Shown: positions 15,871-24,214, counted from the stretch's first letter. The stretch is 32,000 nucleotides of DNA from Ktedonobacterales bacterium (GCA_030167145.1 CP126532.1:1260001-1292000); one strand, 5' to 3'. Numbers and translations are program-made. The notes: generated from the sequence alone by a model not told the origin.

Positions 15871-17133
15871 ATGCATGTTGAGCGGTTGCGCCTGACCGAT
15901 TTCCGCAATTACCATGAACTGGATTTGCCACTGCCCAGCGGGCTGGTGGTCTTTACGGGGCGGAATGCACAGGGGAAGTCGAACCTGCTCGAAGCGGTGA
16001 TGCTGGCCGCTACCAGCCGTTCGTTCCGCACACTCAACGACCGCGAGGCGGTGCGCTGGGGCGCGCCGGGGCACTTCGCGCGCATAGATACCACGGTTGC
16101 ACGGCGCGGGGATCCGCTACATGTGGAGGTGGTGCTTTCGGATACCGGGCTGCCCCAGGAGGGAACGCCCGCACGCCCCAGCGCCAGCGATGCGGCGCTG
16201 CCACCAGCGCCAGCCGCGCCCTTTCGCAAGCGCATCCGCATCAATGGCGTGCCAAGGCGGGCGATGGATTTGCTGGGGCAAATTACCGTCGTCGTCTTTG
16301 CGCCCACGGACCTGGATCTGGTGATCGGCTCGCCCGCAGAGCGGCGGCGCTTCCTGGATATGACGCTCTGCCAGGTGCATCCGGCATATTGCCGTGCGCT
16401 GAGCCAGTATCAGAAGATCGTGACGCAGCGCGCGGCGCTGCTGCGGCGTATCCGCGACGGCGAGGAGAGTCCGCATGCGCTGAGCTATTGGGATGACCAG
16501 CTTGCGCGGCTGGCCGTGCCGCTGATTCGCGACAGGGCGGCTTTTCTGCGCGCGGCGGGCGATGCCGCTGCCGAGGTATACGCCGCGCTGGCGGCCAACG
16601 AAGATGTGGACGAGGAGACGGCGACGGGCGAGGAGGAGGGGGAAAGCGGGGAAAGCGGGGAAAGCGACAATGGCCTGCGTCTGGTCTATCGGCCTTCATA
16701 TGATGGCGATGTGGCGGGTGACGAGGTGAAGGCGGTGGCGGCGTTTCGGGCGCGGCTGAGCGAAGTGCGGCGGCGCGAGGTGGCGCAGGGGGCGAATGTG
16801 CTGGGGCCGCACCGTGACGACATCGCGTTTCTGGCCGGGGAGATGGATCTCTCGACGTATGGCTCGCGCGGGCAGCAGCGCAGCGTGGCGTTGGCGCTGA
16901 AGCTGGCGGAGTTAGGCTACATCGAGCGTGAGACGGGCGACCAGCCGATCCTGCTGCTGGATGACGTGTTGAGCGAGCTGGATGCCCAGCGCCGCATTGA
17001 TCTGCTCGCCGCTGTACGCACGCTGGATCAGGTGTTGCTGACGACCACGGATGCTGCAACGCTGCCGCCGGAGACGCTGAACTATGCCCATGTCTACCGG
17101 GTGCGGGGTGGGCGAGTCATGCCGGTGACGTGA
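15871..17133 (+). CDS. recF: DNA replication and repair protein RecF
   Basis: MHVERLRLTDFRNY..., Walker A GRNAQGKSNLLEAV, signature SRGQQRSVALALKLAE, Walker B ILLLDDVLSELD. It contains an acidic low-complexity insertion (EEEGESGESGESD). Confidence 0.92.
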   Translation: MHVERLRLTDFRNYHELDLPLPSGLVVFTGRNAQGKSNLLEAVMLAATSRSFRTLNDREAVRWGAPGHFARIDTTVARRGDPLHVEVVLSDTGLPQEGTPARPSASDAALPPAPAAPFRKRIRINGVPRRAMDLLGQITVVVFAPTDLDLVIGSPAERRRFLDMTLCQVHPAYCRALSQYQKIVTQRAALLRRIRDGEESPHALSYWDDQLARLAVPLIRDRAAFLRAAGDAAAEVYAALAANEDVDEETATGEEEGESGESGESDNGLRLVYRPSYDGDVAGDEVKAVAAFRARLSEVRRREVAQGANVLGPHRDDIAFLAGEMDLSTYGSRGQQRSVALALKLAELGYIERETGDQPILLLDDVLSELDAQRRIDLLAAVRTLDQVLLTTTDAATLPPETLNYAHVYRVRGGRVMPVT

Positions 17134-17153
17134 AGTGCTGTGCTCTATCGGCA

Positions 17154-17831
17154 TCAAGCGGCTTTGTCGCGAGTGGCGAAGCCTACATATTGATGCAAAT
17201 CGCCGGGGAGCATGCGCTCGGCTTCGTCGGCGAGGTGGTGTTCGTTGCGCCGCAGGAACAGCCAGAAGGCGAGGACGGTTATTGCGCTCAATCCCAGGGC
17301 GATGTAGCCGATGGGTCCGGTGAGCCGGTACATCACGGTGCCCAGCAGATAGCCACCCAGGCCGTCGAGTGCCGCCCAGACCAGCCCACCCAGAGCATTG
17401 AAGGCGAGAAAGCGCCGCCAGGGCATATGATTGGTTCCGGCCAGGAAGGCAGCCCAGATACGTAGCACAGGAACAAAGCGCCCGAAGAAGACGACTTTGC
17501 CGCCGTGCCTGCGGAAGAGATAGATGCCGAGCTTCAGCTTGCGATCATTCAGATGGATCAGACGACCGTAGCGCCGCAGGAGACGGAAGCCGCATTCGCG
17601 CCCAAGCAGATAGCCCAGGTTATCGCCGAGGATTGCGCCCGCTGTCGCCGCCGCAATCACCAGTGGCAGAGTGAGCTGCTGAGTCGCGCCACTATAGATG
17701 GCCGCCGCCAGGAGAATCGTCTCGCCCGGTAGAGGAATCCCCATGCTCTCGATGGCGACCACGACCAGCACAGCCCAATAGCCATAGGTGGTCAGCAGGT
17801 GCGTCAGATCCAGGTTGGCAAAGTGGTCCAT
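17154..17831 (-). CDS. DedA family (SNARE-associated/VTT domain) membrane protein
   Basis: YGYWAVLVVVAIESMGIPLPGETILLAAAIY and FGRFVPVLRIWAAFLAGTNHMPWRRFLAFNALGG are DedA signatures. The ATG at 17831 (MDHFANLD...) is preferred to the track start. Confidence 0.85.
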   Translation of the reverse strand: MDHFANLDLTHLLTTYGYWAVLVVVAIESMGIPLPGETILLAAAIYSGATQQLTLPLVIAAATAGAILGDNLGYLLGRECGFRLLRRYGRLIHLNDRKLKLGIYLFRRHGGKVVFFGRFVPVLRIWAAFLAGTNHMPWRRFLAFNALGGLVWAALDGLGGYLLGTVMYRLTGPIGYIALGLSAITVLAFWLFLRRNEHHLADEAERMLPGDLHQYVGFATRDKAA

Positions 17832-18163
17832 TGGAACAGTACCCCAGGTGTATCCGGTAAAGGGAACGCGGGTGTGAAGCGCAGCACGCCCAACTCGCAC
17901 AGCGGTCGGGTACGACGGCTGCATGGGAAGCATACCGGGGAAACGTCTTCATTCCGTTACGGGAACGTCGCAATATTGTCGCGGCGGATGGATATGAGGG
18001 AAAGGGCTCATTCTACGAGAGGAGCGGCGGGTGCAAGCAGCAGCAGATCTCAGGCGAGTACGTGAAGATTCGCCGTTTGGCCCTTGTCAGATCGCTGAAC
18101 ATCCGCTATCCTACGTCATGGTAACACGGCTGGATTCGTTCCGCGACAGAGGAAGGGGCGGTT

Positions 18164-19792
18164 ATGGCTGGCAATGGCAGGGTCTTCATCAGTCATTCAC
18201 ACGACGACAACGCGCGCTGTGCGCCGCTGCTGGCGGCGATGGAAGCCTGGGGCGTAGACTATTTCTTCGATACGCAGGGGTTGGGCGCCGGGCAGCAACT
18301 CAACGAGACGATACAGCGCGAGATTGCCACTCGCGATGTCTTCTTGCGCGTCTGCACCGCCGCCACACAGCGATCGTTCTGGATGAGCCTGGAAGTCAGC
18401 GCCTTTCGTGGCTTGCAGGCGGAGGACCAGCGCCGGGGACGGGGTAGCCAGCGGCTGCTGATCAATCTGATTCTCGACGGCGACTATACCCGCGAGCCGT
18501 TTGACAACGCAACGCTCTTCATTGACGCCGCCAGCAGGCCGCGCCCGGTGTGGATGGCAGAATTGGGGCGGGCATTGAATGTTTCGGCTCCCAGGGCGCA
18601 ACGTCCGAAGGTTAGCCGTCGCGAGGTGGTGGCATACGGGGCGGCTGCCGCCGTCACCCTCAGTTCCACCGCAGCGGCAGGGGCGCTCTTTCTCGACTAT
18701 CGCAGTCATACGCAAGGTCCGGTGGCGCAATTGCCGAAGTACTTGCCCGGCAAGCCGGTCTGGACGATCCCCAACGCCAGCCCGAAGAAGGATATACCAA
18801 CGTTGCCCGTGGTCGGTGGTAATACGCTCTACCTGTTGAGCGTGGCGGATGTGACCGCCTACGATATTGGGCATGTCACCAATGGCACGCCCAAGAAGCT
18901 CTGGAGCCAGACCATCACGCCGAAGCAAACCATCGTCTCGCCGGCGGTGTATGGAAGTGTGCTGTATCTGGGTATAGATTCGACGCTGTACGCGCTCAAT
19001 GCCCACAATGGCACGAAGATTTGGACCGTTGACCTGCCTGCAGATGATAACGGGATAGATTCGGGAGCGCTGTTAGTGAACGGCGTGATCTACATCTTCT
19101 CTCAGACGGGCCGCCTCTATACCTTCAGGGCTAAAGATGGCTCGCAGGTGTGGAATGATGTTGTGGATGCGACGGCATACTTACTCGACCACGCTTCTGG
19201 CCCGGCGGTGGATGGGGACAGTGTGTTCATCGGCTCACTGGATCATAACATCTATGCGCTGAATGCCAAAGACGGCTCGCAACGCTGGAAGGTGTTGACG
19301 CGCGGCCCCGTCATCTCGACACCAGCGGTGGTCAACGGCACTGTCTATATTGGCTCTGGTGACAATTACGTCTATGCCCTGAACACCAAAGACGGCTCGG
19401 TCAGGTGGAAGTATTTGACGGGTGAAGCGGTGAATTCAAGCCCAGCCGTGGTGGACGGTGTCGTCTACGTTGCCTCTGACGACCACTATCTCTACACGCT
19501 CGATGCCGAGACTGGCAAGCCGTACTGGCGCGCGCCTATCGGTGACCTCGATGCCTCAACGGGCATCATCGAAAAGGGCGGCCCTGTCACCTGCCAACCG
19601 GCTATCGCGGGCGATGCCGTTTGCGTGATGGACGATCTAAATTTCGTCGTTCGCAGCTACAGCCGCTCCGACGGCGAGTCGCGATGGACTTATGCATCCA
19701 AGAGCGGCTATGAGAACGCGGATCCGTTAGCCGCCAACGGACTTATTCTCTTCGGCTCCGGCGACCAAACCCTCTACGCTTTTGGCGCATAA
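18164..19792 (+). CDS. TIR domain - single TM - PQQ-like beta-propeller protein, paralogue 1
   Basis: The N-terminus GRVFISHSHDD...WGVDYFFDT...GAGQQL...DVFLRVCT...SFWMSLE matches the bacterial TIR (TIR_2-like) pattern. SRR plus the hydrophobic VVAYGAAAAVTLSSTAAAGALFL occupies residues ~151-177. Repeated blades follow, such as NIYALNAKDGSQRWK, YVYALNTKDGSVRWKY and YLYTLDAETGKPYWR. AGAGGAAGGGG lies upstream of the ATG. Confidence 0.8.
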   Translation: MAGNGRVFISHSHDDNARCAPLLAAMEAWGVDYFFDTQGLGAGQQLNETIQREIATRDVFLRVCTAATQRSFWMSLEVSAFRGLQAEDQRRGRGSQRLLINLILDGDYTREPFDNATLFIDAASRPRPVWMAELGRALNVSAPRAQRPKVSRREVVAYGAAAAVTLSSTAAAGALFLDYRSHTQGPVAQLPKYLPGKPVWTIPNASPKKDIPTLPVVGGNTLYLLSVADVTAYDIGHVTNGTPKKLWSQTITPKQTIVSPAVYGSVLYLGIDSTLYALNAHNGTKIWTVDLPADDNGIDSGALLVNGVIYIFSQTGRLYTFRAKDGSQVWNDVVDATAYLLDHASGPAVDGDSVFIGSLDHNIYALNAKDGSQRWKVLTRGPVISTPAVVNGTVYIGSGDNYVYALNTKDGSVRWKYLTGEAVNSSPAVVDGVVYVASDDHYLYTLDAETGKPYWRAPIGDLDASTGIIEKGGPVTCQPAIAGDAVCVMDDLNFVVRSYSRSDGESRWTYASKSGYENADPLAANGLILFGSGDQTLYAFGA

Positions 19793-19892
19793 GCGCGCCG
19801 AGTCTGGCATGGAAACGACACGCAACTACAGGCTGGCAGGCCGTTCGCGTGGTTGCGAGTGGGCAAGAATACTCTGAAGGGGAGGAATGTGC

Positions 19893-21509
19893 ATGCCTGG
19901 GAACGGCAAGGTGTTCATCAGCCACACACACGAAGATAATGAGCGCTGCGCGCCGCTGCTGGCGGCGCTAGATGCCTGGGGTGTGGAGTACTGGTTTGAT
20001 ACGCAGCAACTCGATGCTGGGCAGCATCTCTCGGACCGCCTGCAACAGGCATTGGCGGAGCATGATGTGCTGCTGCGCATCTGCACGCCCGCCGCGCAAT
20101 CGTCGTACTGGATGATGATGGAGATGAACGCTTTTCGCGGCCTCCAGCTCGAAGATCAGCAGCGCAAGCGCCACAATGCGCGTCTCAGCATCAACCTGAT
20201 TCTGGCCCCAGGTTACGTCGCCAGTGCGGCTGACCGCGCCGACATCGTCATAGACGCGATGAATCAGCCTCGCCAACACACCTTCGCGGAGTTGCGCACG
20301 GCGCTGGGTCTCTCTGCCGCGGCGCGTCCGAAGCGTGGAGTCAGCCGACGTGCGGTGCTGGGCTTGGGTGCGGCTGGTATCATCACGGCGGGCGCGCTGG
20401 CAAGCGGCGGTGTGCTGCTCAAAGATCGCAACGAACAACCGGTTCACAAGCCATATCCCAAGCCGAAGACCATCCCGTTCGACAACCCGCAAACGATGGA
20501 CCCGCGCATCAAGTGGTATTTCAAGGCTGGCGATGATCTGGGCATGGGCCTGGCGCTGGCAAATGGTGCACTTGTTCTCAACACACAAGATGGCTTGTAT
20601 GCGCTCAAGTCTGAGGATGGCTCGATTCTCTGGACGAAACTGCAGATACGGGGCGATGCCAGCAGCATGCCGTGGGTCGCGGGCAATGTGCTCTATGTTG
20701 CCGCCAGTGAGGGGTTCACCGGCGGCACATTGTACGCACTGAAGGCGAGCGACGGATCACAGATTTGGACAGCCCAGATAGCCTCATCCTTCGAGGATTT
20801 GCAAATAGCAGTCGCCACTGACCGCATCTTTATGGTCACCGACGATGGGTCCATCATTGCCTATAGCACCGCCGATGGCTCCAAGCAGTGGCGCAGCGCG
20901 ACCGCGATGGCCAAGGGCGCGCGTGGAGCGCCCGCATCGGACGGCAACGCGGTGTATATCGGCTCGCCAGATGGCAACCTCTATGCACTGAGCGCCGCCG
21001 ATGGCTCACTGCTCTGGCAGCATCAGACCGGTGGTGAGATTGCTGACACGCCAGCCATAGCCGGTGGTGCGGTCTACTTCGGCTCGAAAGATCAGCATAT
21101 GTACGCGCTGAACGCCACCGATGGTTCGCTCAAATGGCGCTATGCGGCGGGAAACGAGGTCAACATAGCCCCAACCGTCGCCAAAGGCGTCGCCTATATT
21201 GGTCTGCTCAATAACCTGAATGCATTCGACGCGAATACTGGCAAGCTCCTCTGGCAGGCGCCCGCAGGTGACCCGAATGGTTTCGAGTTTATTGATAGCG
21301 TGGCGGCGACAGTGCTGGGCGATGCGATCTACGCCGTGTCGGATAACTATCTATATGCCTTCAGCGCAGAGCAGAAGAAGAGCGTCTGGCGCTTCAAGTT
21401 GAATAGCATTCTTTCGCTCGACGCGACGATGGTTGCCACCAGCGATACCCTGTACTTCGGCGGCGCCGATCACGCGCTCTACGCGCTGAATACCACGCTG
21501 CCGCAATAG
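19893..21509 (+). CDS. TIR domain - single TM - PQQ-like beta-propeller protein, paralogue 2
   Basis: GKVFISHTHED...WGVEYWFDT...DVLLRICT...SYWMMME, then SRRAVLGLGAAGIITAGALASGGVLL, then blades (LYALKASDGSQIW, LYALSAADGSLLW, MYALNATDGSLKW). GGAGG (19881-19885) lies 7 nt before the ATG at 19893, which is preferred to 19887. Confidence 0.8.
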   Translation: MPGNGKVFISHTHEDNERCAPLLAALDAWGVEYWFDTQQLDAGQHLSDRLQQALAEHDVLLRICTPAAQSSYWMMMEMNAFRGLQLEDQQRKRHNARLSINLILAPGYVASAADRADIVIDAMNQPRQHTFAELRTALGLSAAARPKRGVSRRAVLGLGAAGIITAGALASGGVLLKDRNEQPVHKPYPKPKTIPFDNPQTMDPRIKWYFKAGDDLGMGLALANGALVLNTQDGLYALKSEDGSILWTKLQIRGDASSMPWVAGNVLYVAASEGFTGGTLYALKASDGSQIWTAQIASSFEDLQIAVATDRIFMVTDDGSIIAYSTADGSKQWRSATAMAKGARGAPASDGNAVYIGSPDGNLYALSAADGSLLWQHQTGGEIADTPAIAGGAVYFGSKDQHMYALNATDGSLKWRYAAGNEVNIAPTVAKGVAYIGLLNNLNAFDANTGKLLWQAPAGDPNGFEFIDSVAATVLGDAIYAVSDNYLYAFSAEQKKSVWRFKLNSILSLDATMVATSDTLYFGGADHALYALNTTLPQ

Positions 21510-21598
21510 AGATGTGGGCAGGCCAGCAGGGTGGATGTTGGTTGAGCGACGGCGCGAGCTTTACTTGTGGCTCATAAGCGATGAATGGGGAGAGTGCC

Positions 21599-23257
21599 AT
21601 GTCTGGCAAGGTCTTTATCAGCCATGCCCGCGAGGATTTCGCGCGCTGTGCGCGTCTGCTGAAGGCGCTGGATACCTGGGGCGTGGATTACTGGTATGAG
21701 ACGATGGAGCATGCGGCGGGCCAGCGGCTCACTGAGCAGGCGCAGATGGCGCTCTCGGAATGTGATGTGTTCCTGCGGATCTGCACGCGCGACACGAAGC
21801 GTTCCTATTGGATGGGTATCGAGGCGGGCAGCTTCCTGAGCTTGCAGGCCGAAGACCATCGCAAAGGGCAGGTAGACCGGCGCAAACTCGTCAATCTCGT
21901 GCTCGACCCCGCCTATGTGCGTGAGCCATTCGACGCCAGCGCCACGGTGATTGACGCGACCAATACGGGATGGGCGGGCTGGGTCAACGAACTGCGCCGC
22001 GCGCTGAGCCTGCCGCCGCTGGTGGATATCGTCGCCGTGGCCCAGGAGATTAATCCGCCGCAGCCGGAGGGCATCAGCCGGCGCAAGGCGATTGGGCTGG
22101 CTGCGGCGGGTGCCGTCGTGCTGGCTGCGGCGGGCGCGGGTGGGCTCGCGCTGCTGAAGCATGGCGGCACTACCACAGCGATTCATACGCCCACAGCCAC
22201 GCCGACACCGCCAAGTAGCGACCCGCATCTGCGCTGGTGGTATCAGACGCCTTCACACGCCAGTGTCACGAAGTTCGCCAATGCCATTGATTCCTCCCTG
22301 GCGGTGGCCAATGGCGTGATCTATACCGCAACGGAGGATGGTGGGGTCTACGCTCTGAGCGCCATTGGACTGCAACTGCTCTGGAGCAAGCCACTCGGCA
22401 TTTCGGTCTCGGCTACGCCGCTGGCGGTCTATAACAATCTTGTTTACGTCCGGGTCAATGGCGGAGATTATACACTCTATGCGCTGGATGCCCAGCACGA
22501 AGGCAATGAGGTCTGGCATCTTAATTACACTGCGACGGGGCCAGCGATTGTAGACGGCGTGCTCTATGCCGGAGGTAATGGCCTAGCTGGTGCGGTCATC
22601 AATGGCTTCGATCCTATGACGGGAAAGTCGCTCTGGGGTGGCGCTACCAATGGCTATCCATCGGGTACACCCGCCGTGGCTAATGGCATTGTCTATATCG
22701 GCACGGACAAAGGGTATGTCCACGCGTTCAGCATAACCACGCCACATAGCGAGATATGGAGCGCGAAAGCGGGTGCGGACGCGATTGCGCAGGGGAAAGA
22801 TGGCGCTATCGTCAACTTGCCAGCAATCGCGAACGGTATTGTGTACATTGGCTCAGAAGATCACAACCTCTATGCGTTGGATGCGCTCACTGGCGCGCAA
22901 CGCTGGAAATATCCTACGGGCGACGAGATATTCTATTCCTCACCGGCTGTGGCCAACGGCATGGTGTATGTCGGCTCCGAAGATCACATGATCTATGCGC
23001 TGGACGCGAAGACGGGGACGAAGGTTTGGAGCTATGAGACGAAGGGAAAGGTTGCCTCGTCACCCGCAGTCGTCGGCGCTATGCTCTATATTGGCTCTAG
23101 CGATAGGTCTGTCTATGTGCTGGATGCCAAAACTGGGTCGCTGCTCCACAAATATGCCGTGAGTGGGTCGGTGGTGGTGCAACCGATGGTGGTCAATGGC
23201 ATTCTGTATGCGGGCGACGCCAACGGCATTGTGTATGCCTTCGATGCGGCGCAATAG
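21599..23257 (+). CDS. TIR domain - single TM - PQQ-like beta-propeller protein, paralogue 3
   Basis: GKVFISHAREDF...WGVDYWYET...DVFLRICT...SYWMGIE, then SRRKAIGLAAAGAVVLAAAGAGGLALL, then blades (LYALDALTGAQRWKY, IYALDAKTGTKVWSY, VYVLDAKTGSLL). The ATG at 21599 follows GGGGAGAG. Confidence 0.8.
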   Translation: MSGKVFISHAREDFARCARLLKALDTWGVDYWYETMEHAAGQRLTEQAQMALSECDVFLRICTRDTKRSYWMGIEAGSFLSLQAEDHRKGQVDRRKLVNLVLDPAYVREPFDASATVIDATNTGWAGWVNELRRALSLPPLVDIVAVAQEINPPQPEGISRRKAIGLAAAGAVVLAAAGAGGLALLKHGGTTTAIHTPTATPTPPSSDPHLRWWYQTPSHASVTKFANAIDSSLAVANGVIYTATEDGGVYALSAIGLQLLWSKPLGISVSATPLAVYNNLVYVRVNGGDYTLYALDAQHEGNEVWHLNYTATGPAIVDGVLYAGGNGLAGAVINGFDPMTGKSLWGGATNGYPSGTPAVANGIVYIGTDKGYVHAFSITTPHSEIWSAKAGADAIAQGKDGAIVNLPAIANGIVYIGSEDHNLYALDALTGAQRWKYPTGDEIFYSSPAVANGMVYVGSEDHMIYALDAKTGTKVWSYETKGKVASSPAVVGAMLYIGSSDRSVYVLDAKTGSLLHKYAVSGSVVVQPMVVNGILYAGDANGIVYAFDAAQ

Positions 23258-23297
23258 GATAAGGGGCTGGGCTGAACGGCTGTGCTATAGTCTGAAT

Positions 23298-24128
23298 ATG
23301 AGCAGGAATATTGAACGGACTGAGGCAAGGCCGCTGGTCTCGGTGATCATCCCGACGATGCGGCGTCCGCTGAGGCTGGCGCGGGCGCTGGCGAGTGTGG
23401 CGGCGCAGACGTACCCACAGGTCGAGGTGGTGGTGGTCAACGATGGTGGTATGCCAGTGGAGGCGGTGATCGAGCGGGCGCGACGGGAGGGTGGACGCCC
23501 GATCACGTATCTGGCGCTGGCGGCGAATATGGGGCCATCGGTGGCGCGGAGCCGGGCGATTGCCGTGGCATCGGGCGAGTTGATCGCGTTGCTGGATGAC
23601 GATGACCGCTTTCGGCCGGGGCATCTGGCGCGGCTGGTGGGGGCGCTGACGGCTGACCCTGGGGCGGCGCTGGCGTATGATGATGCGCTGATCCAGGTGG
23701 AGGAGGGAACGGCGGCGGATGGGGAGCCGCGCGTGGTGGCGGAGTGCCGCTTCGGGCTACCATACGATGAGGCGAAGTTCGATATAGATGACTATATCGT
23801 GACCAGCGCGGCGCTGTTTCGACGCGAGGCGTATGAGGCGGCAGGCGGATTCGATGCGACGCTGCCGTTTCTGGAAGACTGGGATCTGTGGCTGCGGCTG
23901 CGCCAGCGGGGGCGGTTGGTGTATGCGCCGGGGGAGATCGGCGTGGATTATAGCTTACGGGCGGAGGCGGGCGATAACCTGGGCAGCACGTTCGATGCGC
24001 GGAGGCGGGCGGCGCTGGATCTGCTCTCGGCGCGCTATGGGCTGCCGCGGCTGGAACCAAAGACGTTTCTGGATGTGGCGCGCGGGCTGGGGTTCGCGGT
24101 GAGGCCGGTTGCGGTGTCGCGCCGGTAA
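23298..24128 (+). CDS. Family 2 glycosyltransferase
   Basis: VSVIIPTMRRP...AAQTYPQVEVVVVNDGG and the DxD region LLDDDDRF. The ATG at 23298 is preferred, since the track start overlaps the previous gene. Confidence 0.85.
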   Translation: MSRNIERTEARPLVSVIIPTMRRPLRLARALASVAAQTYPQVEVVVVNDGGMPVEAVIERARREGGRPITYLALAANMGPSVARSRAIAVASGELIALLDDDDRFRPGHLARLVGALTADPGAALAYDDALIQVEEGTAADGEPRVVAECRFGLPYDEAKFDIDDYIVTSAALFRREAYEAAGGFDATLPFLEDWDLWLRLRQRGRLVYAPGEIGVDYSLRAEAGDNLGSTFDARRRAALDLLSARYGLPRLEPKTFLDVARGLGFAVRPVAVSRR

Positions 24129-24189
24129 AGTAAACCGGCGGAGACCCCAAAGGACCTTAGTGTGTCGGCGGGATGCCGCCGCAACAGCA

Positions 24190-24214
24190 GACAGACAGGA
24201 ATGTCTGTCCTACC
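24190..24214 (+). repeat. Hairpin element family 2 (GACAGACA-GGAA-TGTCTGTC-CTACC)
   Basis: Perfect 8-bp stem with a 4-nt loop. Related copies occur at 27191-27215 and, degenerate, at 27825-27844. Confidence 0.6.

Noticed and set aside
17134-17153. Terminator between convergent recF and the DedA-family gene.
   Set aside because: Only 20 nt separate the two stops, and I could not find a stem-loop there.
19805-19820. Sigma-54-like TGGCAT element upstream of TIR paralogue 2.
   Set aside because: The required -12 TTGC[AT] element is absent at the correct spacing (the sequence is TGGCATGGAAACGACA). There is no comparable motif upstream of the other paralogues.
18164-23257. Calling the TIR triplet a Thoeris system.
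   Set aside because: Thoeris requires a ThsA-type (SIR2/TM with SLOG) effector next to the TIR ThsB genes. None is present within several kb. These TIR proteins also carry their own TM and propeller domains, so they are reported as a distinct architecture instead.
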